From Candidatus Poriferisocius sp. (lineage in GTDB: Bacteria; Actinomycetota; Acidimicrobiia; Acidimicrobiales; Bin134): a DNA stretch of 64,000 nt. Positions 18,202 to 27,033 of this stretch are shown here, piece by piece (the stretch's first letter is position 1; every line of letters begins with the position of its first letter). The position numbers were made by a program, and so were the translations under genes. The stretch is taken from NCBI RefSeq assembly GCF_965208355.1, contig NZ_CBDBOM010000003.1, positions 193,394-257,393 on the forward strand, in the 5' to 3' direction. Below the pieces are notes generated by a model. It was not told the DNA's origin. It did not search any database and saw nothing but the letters and a program-made list of their open reading frames with translations.

Positions 18202-19143
18202 GTGGAAGGCCAAAAGATTCTGATAACCGGGACTGCCGGGCAGATCGCTCTACCCATGACCCGACACTTCGCCCTGAACAACGAGGTGTGGGGCCTGGCC
18301 CGCTTCAGCCAGCCGGGGTCGAAGGAGCAGGTGGAGGAGGCCGGGGCCATTCCCCACAAGGCCGATCTGGCCTCCGGCGAGCTTAACGGTTTGCCCGACG
18401 ACTTCGACTATGTGATCCACATGGCCGCGTTCATGGCGGCTACTCCTGACTACGATTTCGCCCTTACCCAGAACGCCGAGGCCACCGGATTGCTGATGGC
18501 CCACTGCCGCAACGCCAAGGGCTTTCTGCATGCGTCCACCGCCGCCGCCTACAAGAACAACACCGACCACACCTACGTCTACGCCGAGGGCGATCCGCTA
18601 GGCGACAGCGAACAGCCCTATTCGGAGACCTACGGGGTGACGAAGATGGCCGCCGAGGCGGTGGCCCGGACCATGTGCCGCCTATATGACCTGCCCACCG
18701 TGATCGGGCGCATCAACGTGGCCTACGGCCAAAACGGGGGACTGCCCGCCATCTTGTTGGCCATGATGACCAACGGCATGCCGGTACCCCTAAAGGACTC
18801 GGAGCCCAACATGTTCTCCCCGGTTCACGAGATCGACATGTGCGCCCACGCCGAGGCCTTCTTGGAGGGGGCCACAGTGCCGGCCACCATCGTCAACTGG
18901 GGCGGCGATGAGAATGTCAGCATCGAGGACATGTGCCGCCGGATGGGAGCTCAGGTCGGAGTGGAGCCCGATTTCCAGTACTTCCCGGTGGGCACCCACA
19001 GCCGGGCCTACGACAGCGCAAAGCGCATCGCCATGACCGAGGAGTGCACGATGTCGTGGCAGGACGGGATTGACGACATGGTGGCGGCCTGGGACCCTGA
19101 GCAGGGCGCCAGGATGATCGCCCGGCTCATGGGCGAGGGTTAG
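18202..19143 (+). CDS. NAD-dependent epimerase/dehydratase family protein
   Basis: GTG at 18202 lies 6-7 nt after GAGGAGGA. The N-terminus KILITGTAGQIA is an extended-SDR Rossmann motif. Confidence 0.8.
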   Translation: MEGQKILITGTAGQIALPMTRHFALNNEVWGLARFSQPGSKEQVEEAGAIPHKADLASGELNGLPDDFDYVIHMAAFMAATPDYDFALTQNAEATGLLMAHCRNAKGFLHASTAAAYKNNTDHTYVYAEGDPLGDSEQPYSETYGVTKMAAEAVARTMCRLYDLPTVIGRINVAYGQNGGLPAILLAMMTNGMPVPLKDSEPNMFSPVHEIDMCAHAEAFLEGATVPATIVNWGGDENVSIEDMCRRMGAQVGVEPDFQYFPVGTHSRAYDSAKRIAMTEECTMSWQDGIDDMVAAWDPEQGARMIARLMGEG

Positions 19144-19171
19144 TCCGCTAGCACGAGCACGAGGGGGAGCA

Positions 19172-20386
19172 ATGCCCAATCACCCCACCCTCGACGGGGT
19201 CAACTTCATGGACGGGTTCTGGTTCCAGCACGAGCCCCATGAGGCGTGGACCTGGATGCGGGAGAACGCCCCGGTGTACTACGACGCCAACAGCGACGTG
19301 TGGGGCATTTCCCGCTACCACGACATCTTGGCCATCGAGAAGGACCCCAAGACGTTCTCCTCTTACCGCAGCCCCCGTCCCCATGGGAATTCGCTTCCGA
19401 TGATGATTTCCATGGACGACCCCGAGCACAAGCAGCGCCGTAAGCTGGTGAACCGGGGTTTCACGCCCAAGCGGGTGCGGGATCGCACCCCTGAGGTAAT
19501 CGCCATCTGCGACGAGATCCTCGACAAGGTGTGCGAGCGGGGCGAGTGCGACTTCATCTGGGATATTGCTGCTCCTTTGCCGTTGCTCCTGATCGGCGAC
19601 ATGCTGGGTTTCCCCCGGGAGAGCTATGACGACTTGCTGGAGTGGTCCGACGACATGATGCGGGCCACCACCGAGACCGACCAGGAGGCGCTGGAGAAAG
19701 GGATCATGGCCGGGGTGGCCTTTCGGGAGTTTCTGATGGGAGTGATCGCCGACCGCCGGGCTCGCCCGCCTCAGTCTGACCTGGTCAGCGTGTTGTGCCA
19801 TGCCGAGGTAGACGGCGACAGCCTCGACGACGAGTCGCTGTATCAGGAGGGGCTGCTGATCCTCATCGGTGGTGACGAAACTTCCCGCCACGTGATCAGC
19901 GGGGGGATGTTGGCGCTTATGGAGAATCCCGACCAGAAGGCACTGTTCAACCAGCGAGCAGCCGACAATACCTGGATGGAGCGGGCGGTAGAGGAGCTGC
20001 TGCGCTGGGTGACTCCCATCAAGAACATGTCCCGCAGCGCCACCCGGGATGTGGAGATGCACGGCGAGACCATCGGCGAGGGGGACCAGATCATCTTGTT
20101 CTATCCGTCGGCCAACCGGGACGACCGGGTGTTCGACGACCCGTTCACATTCGATTTGGAGCGTGAGCCCAATCAACACCTGGCCTTCGGGTGGGGAACG
20201 CACTTCTGCCTGGGAGCGTCTTTGGCCCGCTTGGAGCTCAAGATCATGTTCCAGCGGCTGGCCGAGCGGATGCCCGACATCCAGCTGGCCAACGACGAAC
20301 CGCTGCCGTGGCGTGCGTCCAACTTCATCGTCGGACCCGAGGAAATGCCGGTGACGTTCACCCCTAGTGCCCCGGTGGGAGCTTGA
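19172..20386 (+). CDS. cytochrome P450
   Basis: FGWGTHFCLGASLARLE heme motif, an EELLR K-helix motif, 404 aa. Confidence 0.9.
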   Translation: MPNHPTLDGVNFMDGFWFQHEPHEAWTWMRENAPVYYDANSDVWGISRYHDILAIEKDPKTFSSYRSPRPHGNSLPMMISMDDPEHKQRRKLVNRGFTPKRVRDRTPEVIAICDEILDKVCERGECDFIWDIAAPLPLLLIGDMLGFPRESYDDLLEWSDDMMRATTETDQEALEKGIMAGVAFREFLMGVIADRRARPPQSDLVSVLCHAEVDGDSLDDESLYQEGLLILIGGDETSRHVISGGMLALMENPDQKALFNQRAADNTWMERAVEELLRWVTPIKNMSRSATRDVEMHGETIGEGDQIILFYPSANRDDRVFDDPFTFDLEREPNQHLAFGWGTHFCLGASLARLELKIMFQRLAERMPDIQLANDEPLPWRASNFIVGPEEMPVTFTPSAPVGA

Positions 20387-20772
20387 AACTCCCCGGCTCC
20401 CGGTGGTGGAGGTGGAGGGAAATCCTGTCGCTAGGCGTCTGCATAGCGCTGGCGGCCGCTGCGGGCTGTAGTGACAAGACAGATTCTGTGGAGCCAACCG
20501 CTCCTTTGGCCCCCGAAGAGGTGTCTGAGGAGGAGTTTGTCATGGGCAAGATGGTGTATCTGACGCGCTGTGTCGGGTGCCACGGCGTCGATGGCGTCGG
20601 GATCGTCGGGCCTGACATCCGTCCCGGCAAGGTCTTGGAGAAGTATGCGTCGGCCGAGGCGATGGAAGCGCTGGTGCGCGACGGCATCGGTGAGATGCCC
20701 GAGTTCGGCTCCAAGCTCCGGGATGAGGAAATAGTCGCCGTGGTCGCCTACGTGAGAGGCGGATTGGGTTGA
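20383..20772 (+). CDS. class I c-type cytochrome, predicted lipoprotein
   Basis: Lipobox LAAAAGC after a hydrophobic segment. CVGCH heme-binding motif at nt 20569..20583 and a distal GEMPEFG Met-ligand block. The putative TTG start overlaps the P450 stop (TTGA), so the start is uncertain. Confidence 0.7.
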   Translation: MKLPGSRWWRWREILSLGVCIALAAAAGCSDKTDSVEPTAPLAPEEVSEEEFVMGKMVYLTRCVGCHGVDGVGIVGPDIRPGKVLEKYASAEAMEALVRDGIGEMPEFGSKLRDEEIVAVVAYVRGGLG

Positions 20773-20773
20773 C

Positions 20774-21388
20774 TTAGACCGCCCAGGCGTCGACAACGTC
20801 GTTAGTGGTGGTGACGGTGGCCACGATGCTGAGGGTGTGTTCGAACACGGCGTCGACGTAGTCGGGCGGGGTGCCGGCTACCGCGTCGCGGGGGATCACC
20901 ACCACGTAGCCGGCGTTGACCGCGTCGAAGGTCAGATTGATGATGGCCACGTTCACTGAGACACCCACGGCCACAATGGTGCGGATGTCCTCGTTGCGCA
21001 GCAGCGAGTCGAGCTCGGTGCCCTCGAACGGCGACAGGCCGTGGTGACGGGGCAGCACGATATCGGCGTCGGCCACCCCGATCTCGGGTACCACTTCCAC
21101 CGCCGGAGTGCCCATGTGCAACTGCACCGGCATCTTGGGCATGGCCCGGAACAGGCGCGCGTTGCGGTTGCCGCCCCAACCGTCGGCGCGATGCTGGGCC
21201 GTGCAGTGAATCACCCGCGCGCCTGCCGTGCGGGCCGCGGTCGCCAACGCCGCCACGTTGGGGATTAACCCCTCCTTGGCGGCCTCAGCCAGCGCAGGCA
21301 GGGCCGACAGCTCCCCGATCACCCCGTTCTGGCACTCCTGAAGCACCAAAGCAGTGGTGGCCGGATCGATTGCCTCACGCAGCTCCAT
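20774..21388 (-). CDS. isochorismatase-family cysteine hydrolase
   Basis: ALVLQECQNG..., VIHCT..., IVAVGVSVNVAI pattern, 204 aa. Confidence 0.85.
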   Translation of the reverse strand: MELREAIDPATTALVLQECQNGVIGELSALPALAEAAKEGLIPNVAALATAARTAGARVIHCTAQHRADGWGGNRNARLFRAMPKMPVQLHMGTPAVEVVPEIGVADADIVLPRHHGLSPFEGTELDSLLRNEDIRTIVAVGVSVNVAIINLTFDAVNAGYVVVIPRDAVAGTPPDYVDAVFEHTLSIVATVTTTNDVVDAWAV

Positions 21389-21445
21389 GCCAATTCACCC
21401 TCCCATTCCGGGTTCCGACAAAGCGCCATCCATAATGACCACCCT

Positions 21446-23725
21446 ATGGCTGGTTCGATATTGGGGACCGAAGTTGTGCGGCGGGAGGACGGGACCCTCC
21501 TGACCGGGGAGGGTCGGTTCACCGGGGATTTGCGGCCCGAAAGGCTGCTCCAAGCTCACTTCGTGCGCTCGCCGGTGGCTCATGCCCTCATCGAAGGGAT
21601 CGATTTGGGAGCCGCCACCGAGCACCGTGGTGTCGCCGCGGTATACACCGCCGAGACCATTGGGGTGGAGCAGGTGAAGCCCCGGTTCCCGCTCGATCCC
21701 CACTTCGTACGCGGGCCGTTGGCCAGCGATCGGGTCCGCTTTGTGGGCGAGCCGGTGGCCATGGTGGTCGCCGAGAGCCTGGCCGCAGCCCAAGATGCCG
21801 CCGACGAGATCATGGTCGACTACGAGCCGCTCCCGGTGTCGATGGACGCCGAGGCCGCGGTGGCCAATGGTGCAGCGGTGCTCTATCCCGAACGGGGTTC
21901 GGACGCGATGTTCCGGGCCTTCGATCCGGTGGATGGCCTGCACGAAAGGGCAGACCGGATCATCACTGCCCGCATCGTCCACAACCGGATGGCGGTGGTG
22001 CCGATGGAAACCGACGCCGCGCTCGCCGATCCCACCGGCGAGCAGCTCACCTTGTGGGTCTCCACCCAGGGAGCCCATCCCACCCGAGGGGGCATCGCTG
22101 ACTCCCTGGGTTTGGACCATGACCAGGTGCGGGTGATCGCCCCTTGGGTGGGTGGCGGCTTCGGAGCCAAGGGCGGATGGCGGGTCGAGCACGTGGCGGT
22201 GGCCGCCGCCGCCCGGCAGCTGGGCCGCCCCGTGGTGTGGACCGAGACCCGGGCCGAGAACCTCATCTCCATGCAGGCCCGAGATCAGGTGCATTACGTC
22301 CGGCAGGGAGTGACCGACGACGGCCGCATGGTGTCGCTGGAGGTGGTGGTGCTAGTGGATGCCGGGGCTTATCCCGCCTTAGGCGGCGTCCTCCCCACCA
22401 TCACCCGGGTAATGGCCACGGGGGTCTACGCCATCAAGCAGGTGCAGTTCGATTTTGGGTTGGCCGCCACCAACCGGGCCCCGCTGGGGGCGTTCCGGGG
22501 GGCGGGCCGGCCCCAGGCCACTCTCACCATCGAGCGCATGGCCGACCTGGCCGCGGCCGAGTTGGGCATCGACCCGGTGGAGTTCCGCCGCCGCAACTTC
22601 TTGGCGCCCGAGGATTTCCCGCTGGTGACTCCCACCGGCGGGGCCTACGACACCGGGGAGTACGAGAAGGCGCTGGACCGGGCCTGCGAGTTGGTGGGCT
22701 ACGACGACCTGCGGGCCGAGCAAGCCGCCCGTCGAGCAGCCGGTGACCCCCGAAGGCTGGGCGTCGGGCTGTCGAGCTATGTGGAGGTGACCGCGCCTAC
22801 CGGACAGGAGGAACACGCGGTGGTGGAGGTCCACCCGGACGGCTCGGCCACGGTGTCGGTGGGCACCTCCTCCCACGGCCAGGGCCACGAGACGGCGTTC
22901 ACCATGATCGTGGCCGACCGGCTGGGCATCGACCTGGACCGCATCGCCTTCGTGCAGGCCGACACCGCGTTGGTGGCCCGGGGCAGCGGCACCGGCGGAT
23001 CGCGAAGCGCCCAGCTCGGAGGCAGCGCCATACATGCTGCTTCCATGGAGGTGCTGGACATTGCCCGGCGGCGGGCCGCGGAGCTGTTGGAGGCCAGCGC
23101 CGACGACATCGTGGTCACCGACGAGGGCCGCTTGGGAGTGGCCGGCGTTCCCGGTGCGGCGGTGAGTTGGGAGCAGGTCGTCGCGGCAGCCGACGAGCCG
23201 CTGCGAGTCGAACTCGACCACACCACCGATGGCGCCACCTTTCCGTTCGGCACCCACATCTGCGTGGTGGAAGTGGACACAGACACCGGCCTGGTCACCC
23301 TGCGGCGCTTTGTGGCGGTGGACGACGCCGGCAACCTGCTGAATCCGCTGATTGTGGCCGGTCAGCAGCACGGCGGAGTGGCCTCGGGCATCGGCCAAGC
23401 GCTGTACGAGCACGTGGTGTATGACGACGACGGCAACCCGCTCACCACCGGACTGGCCGACTACGCCATGCCCTCGGCGGCCGAGTTCTGCGACTTCACC
23501 GTGGACAGCACCATCACCCCTACCCACCTCAACCCTCTGGGCGTGAAGGGCATCGGCGAGGCGGCCACAATTGGGTCCACCCCCGCGGTGCAGAACGCGG
23601 TGATCGACGCCCTGTGCGACCTCGGTATCCGCCACATCGACCTGCCCCTCACCCCCGAGCGGGTATGGCAGGCCATCCAGTCGGCGGGCGAACCCGCTCC
23701 GGATATAACTTGGCCTTCACTATGA
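21446..23725 (+). CDS. xanthine dehydrogenase/CoxL-family molybdopterin-binding large subunit
   Basis: MAGSILGTEVVRREDGTLLTGEGRFTGDL N-terminus, an AFRGAGRPQ loop, and a GVKGIGEAATIGSTPAVQNAV catalytic-Glu block. 759 aa. Confidence 0.9.
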   Translation: MAGSILGTEVVRREDGTLLTGEGRFTGDLRPERLLQAHFVRSPVAHALIEGIDLGAATEHRGVAAVYTAETIGVEQVKPRFPLDPHFVRGPLASDRVRFVGEPVAMVVAESLAAAQDAADEIMVDYEPLPVSMDAEAAVANGAAVLYPERGSDAMFRAFDPVDGLHERADRIITARIVHNRMAVVPMETDAALADPTGEQLTLWVSTQGAHPTRGGIADSLGLDHDQVRVIAPWVGGGFGAKGGWRVEHVAVAAAARQLGRPVVWTETRAENLISMQARDQVHYVRQGVTDDGRMVSLEVVVLVDAGAYPALGGVLPTITRVMATGVYAIKQVQFDFGLAATNRAPLGAFRGAGRPQATLTIERMADLAAAELGIDPVEFRRRNFLAPEDFPLVTPTGGAYDTGEYEKALDRACELVGYDDLRAEQAARRAAGDPRRLGVGLSSYVEVTAPTGQEEHAVVEVHPDGSATVSVGTSSHGQGHETAFTMIVADRLGIDLDRIAFVQADTALVARGSGTGGSRSAQLGGSAIHAASMEVLDIARRRAAELLEASADDIVVTDEGRLGVAGVPGAAVSWEQVVAAADEPLRVELDHTTDGATFPFGTHICVVEVDTDTGLVTLRRFVAVDDAGNLLNPLIVAGQQHGGVASGIGQALYEHVVYDDDGNPLTTGLADYAMPSAAEFCDFTVDSTITPTHLNPLGVKGIGEAATIGSTPAVQNAVIDALCDLGIRHIDLPLTPERVWQAIQSAGEPAPDITWPSL

Positions 23726-24963
23726 GCGCTGCCACCTCAAATTCTGACCCTGAGCAGATCATCGCCGACATCATCGATCCAGAAACCCGGGGCAACCTGT
23801 ACCCGCACTATCACGCCTTGCGAGAGGCTGCCCCCATCCACAAGACGCACAACCCGATCCTGCACGAGGCGTGGGTGTTCACCCGCCACGCCGATGCCGA
23901 TCAGCTGCTGCGCAACCCCAAGGCCATCAGCGACCGACGCACCACCGAGATGTACAACGTGGGGGCGGGGGGCACCGAGTACTACGACATGATGAAGCGG
24001 ATGCTGCTGTGGCTGGATCCGCCCGACCATCAGCGCATCCGCTCGATGGTGGCCCGGGTATTCACCCCCCGGGCGGTGGAGAAGATCAAGCCGGCCATCA
24101 ACGACGTGGTCACCGGCCTTTTGGACGCGGTGGCCGACGACGGCCAGATGGACGTGGTGAGCCAGTTCGCCTACCCGCTGCCGGTGCATGTGATCTGCGA
24201 GATGCTGGGCATCCCCCGCAGCGACATTTCCGACATCGAGCAGTGGATGTGGGGCTTCGCCCGCCGGGGCGACATCGCCGCCCTCAGCGACGAGATGATC
24301 GTCAACGGGGAGAAGGCGGTGCGGGGCTTCACCGAGTACTTCACCCAGTTGGCCGCCGAGCGCCGGGCCAACCCCGGCGACGACCTGATGACCAAGCTGG
24401 TCACGGTGGAGGACGAGCGGGGGCCGCTTACCGACCATGAGATCGTCCCGACCTGCATAATCCTGCTCCAAGCCGGCCATGAAACCACCGCCGACATCAT
24501 CGGCAACGCCACCAAGGCGCTGTTGGAGAACCCCAGCGAACTGGAGCGGTTGCAGGCTGCCCCAGAGCTGATCGACGACGGCTTCGAGGAACTGCTGCGC
24601 TACGACAGCTCAGTGCAGATCAACCACCGGGTGCTGGCCGCCGACGTGGAGGTGGCCGGCCAGACCTTTCCTGAGGGCGACCTGTGCGTGGTGATGCTGG
24701 GAGCGTGCAACCGCGACCCCGAGGCGTTCCCCCAGCCCGACCGGCTGGACCTCACCCGCGACGCCAGCCAGCACAACGGCTTTGGTTTGGGGGCCTACTA
24801 CTGCCTGGGTTCATCGCTGGCCCGAGCCGAGGCCATCGCTGCGCTCGACGCATTGGTCCAGCGATTCCCCACCCTGGAATTGGATGCCGACAAGCCCGCC
24901 CCTGTGTATCGCCCCACCCTGGTGCTTCACGGCCACGAGCACCTTCACGTCCGCTGGATTTAG
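23722..24963 (+). CDS. cytochrome P450
   Basis: ATG at 23722 overlaps the upstream stop as ATGA. FGLGAYYCLGSSLARAE heme motif and an EELLR motif, ~413 aa. Confidence 0.9.
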   Translation: MSAATSNSDPEQIIADIIDPETRGNLYPHYHALREAAPIHKTHNPILHEAWVFTRHADADQLLRNPKAISDRRTTEMYNVGAGGTEYYDMMKRMLLWLDPPDHQRIRSMVARVFTPRAVEKIKPAINDVVTGLLDAVADDGQMDVVSQFAYPLPVHVICEMLGIPRSDISDIEQWMWGFARRGDIAALSDEMIVNGEKAVRGFTEYFTQLAAERRANPGDDLMTKLVTVEDERGPLTDHEIVPTCIILLQAGHETTADIIGNATKALLENPSELERLQAAPELIDDGFEELLRYDSSVQINHRVLAADVEVAGQTFPEGDLCVVMLGACNRDPEAFPQPDRLDLTRDASQHNGFGLGAYYCLGSSLARAEAIAALDALVQRFPTLELDADKPAPVYRPTLVLHGHEHLHVRWI

Positions 24964-24966
24964 CTC

Positions 24967-27033
24967 CTAGGCCGGGCGCAGCACCAGGCTGAGCCAGCGG
25001 TCGGTTGAGGCGGTCCAGCCGTCGGGGACGACCACGGTGGAGGAGGTCTCTTCGATGATGGCGGGGCCGGCGATGGTGGGGCCGGGCAGGAAAGTGTGGC
25101 GGCGGTAGACGGGGGTGTCGGCCATTTCGCCGTTGAACCAGGCAGGGCGGTATGAGAGGGGGACCGGCGGTCGGACGGCTACTTCCTCGGTTGACCAGTC
25201 GGGTTTCGGGACTGGGCCAATGACCCTCACTCGGTAGTTGACGAACTCCACCGGGTCGGCTTGGCGAATGCCGTACAGCTCTTCGTAGAGCTGGTTGAAC
25301 GCGTCAGCCGCTGCGTCGAGGTTGCAACCGTGCAGGGGGACGGTCAGCTCGTGGGCCTGATGGCGGTAGCGGACGTCGATCTCGCGTTCGAGCACGACCT
25401 CATCGGCGGTGAACCCCTCCGCCCCGATTTCGGCTACGGCCACCGTCTCCAGCTCGGTGTAGATGGCCTCGACAACGCGGGCATCGGCTCCAATCGAGTC
25501 GATTACCTGAGTGCGGACATGATCGGTCACCACGTCGGAGGCCAACAGGCCCACTGCCGAGCCCACGCCGGGGTTGGCCGGGACAACAACCTTGGTAATA
25601 CCGAATTCCTCGGCCAAGCGGGCCACGTGCACTCCGGCCGCGCCGCCCGAAGCCAGCAGGGTGAAGTCGCGGGGGTCTATGCCCCGCTCCAGGGTCACCA
25701 CCCGCACCGCGGCGGCCATGGTGGCGTTGACCACCTCATACACCCCAGCGGCGGCCTCCTCCGGGGTCAATCCCATGGGCTCAGCCAACTCCGCTAGGGC
25801 GGCGTGGGCCAGATCGGCCCGGATGGTCATGCGGCCCCCGAGGAAGAAGTCCGGGTTCAGGTAGCCCAGCACCAGATCGGCGTCGGTCACCGTGGGCCGG
25901 GCGCCGCCCCGGTCGTAGCAGACCGGTCCCGGCTCGGCCCCGGCAGAATCAGGCCCCACTCGCAATGCCCCGCCGCTGTCCAGATAGGCGATCGACCCGC
26001 CACCCGCGCCCACCTCGGCCAAATCGATCACCGGGATCTTGATGGGATAGCCGGTGTTGATCTGCTTCACGCCCGAAGAAGCGGTGCCCCCCACGAAGAA
26101 CTCGTGGGCGATGGCGGCTTGTCCGTCTCGCACCAGCCCCGCTTTGGCGGTGGTGCCGCCCATGTCGAAGGAGATCAGGTTGTCGATGCCGCTGAGCCGG
26201 CCGATGTGGGCGGCGGCCATCACCCCAGCGGCCGGCCCCGACTCCACCAGTTGCACCGGCCGTCGGGCCACAGTGGCGGCTGAGATGATGCCGCCCGACG
26301 AGCCCATGATCTGCATCCGGGCCCCGATGCCCTGGTGGGCCAGTTCCTCGTCCAGCCGGGCGATGTAGCGGGTGACGGTGGGGCCCACGTAGGCCGACAT
26401 AACGGTGGTGCAGGCTCGAGGCAGTTCTCGATACTCGGGCCACACCTCGCTGGAAACCGCCACGTAGAGGTCGGGGTTCAGCTCGGCGATGATGTCGGCC
26501 ACCTGGCGCTCGTGGTCCCCGTTGGCGTAGGAGTGGAGGAAGCAGATCGCGACAGCTTCCACCGGCTCGCGGGCCAATAAGTCGGCCAGCGCCGTGCGGG
26601 CCTGCTCGACATCGAGCGGCACCACCACCGAGCCGTCAGCCCCTGTCCGCTCCGCCACGTCAACAGTGCGCCGCCGGGGGACGATGGGCGCCTGTTTGGT
26701 GTAGAAGAGGTCGTACTTCTCGGCATCGCCCTTGCGCTCGTTGCCGATGATCAAAATGTCGCCGAAACCTGCGGTGGTGACGTAGGCCACCGGGCCGCCT
26801 TTACGCTCCAATATGAGGTTGGTGGCCAGGGTGGTGGCGTGGACCGCTTGGGACACTTCGGGAGGGTCATAGCCAGCCTCGGCTAAGAGTTCGGCAATCC
26901 CGTCTAGCACTCCGGCTGCCGGGTCGTCGGGGGTGGTGAGCACCTTTGCGGTGCAGATGCTGCCGTCGGAGCGGTCGATCATCACCACATCGGTGAACGT
27001 TCCCCCGATGTCGATGCCCAGGGCGACGGTCAT
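24967..27033 (-). CDS. hydantoinase/oxoprolinase family, A (HyuA-like) subunit
   Basis: MTVALGIDIGGTFTDVV ASKHA-fold N-terminus, 688 aa. Confidence 0.9.
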   Translation of the reverse strand: MTVALGIDIGGTFTDVVMIDRSDGSICTAKVLTTPDDPAAGVLDGIAELLAEAGYDPPEVSQAVHATTLATNLILERKGGPVAYVTTAGFGDILIIGNERKGDAEKYDLFYTKQAPIVPRRRTVDVAERTGADGSVVVPLDVEQARTALADLLAREPVEAVAICFLHSYANGDHERQVADIIAELNPDLYVAVSSEVWPEYRELPRACTTVMSAYVGPTVTRYIARLDEELAHQGIGARMQIMGSSGGIISAATVARRPVQLVESGPAAGVMAAAHIGRLSGIDNLISFDMGGTTAKAGLVRDGQAAIAHEFFVGGTASSGVKQINTGYPIKIPVIDLAEVGAGGGSIAYLDSGGALRVGPDSAGAEPGPVCYDRGGARPTVTDADLVLGYLNPDFFLGGRMTIRADLAHAALAELAEPMGLTPEEAAAGVYEVVNATMAAAVRVVTLERGIDPRDFTLLASGGAAGVHVARLAEEFGITKVVVPANPGVGSAVGLLASDVVTDHVRTQVIDSIGADARVVEAIYTELETVAVAEIGAEGFTADEVVLEREIDVRYRHQAHELTVPLHGCNLDAAADAFNQLYEELYGIRQADPVEFVNYRVRVIGPVPKPDWSTEEVAVRPPVPLSYRPAWFNGEMADTPVYRRHTFLPGPTIAGPAIIEETSSTVVVPDGWTASTDRWLSLVLRPA

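Noticed and set aside
19148-20497. 449-aa minus-strand ORF antisense to the second P450.
   Set aside because: Same reasoning. It has shadow-frame composition (His/Arg/Gly/Pro-rich) with no family signature, and the plus strand carries a clear P450 and cytochrome c.
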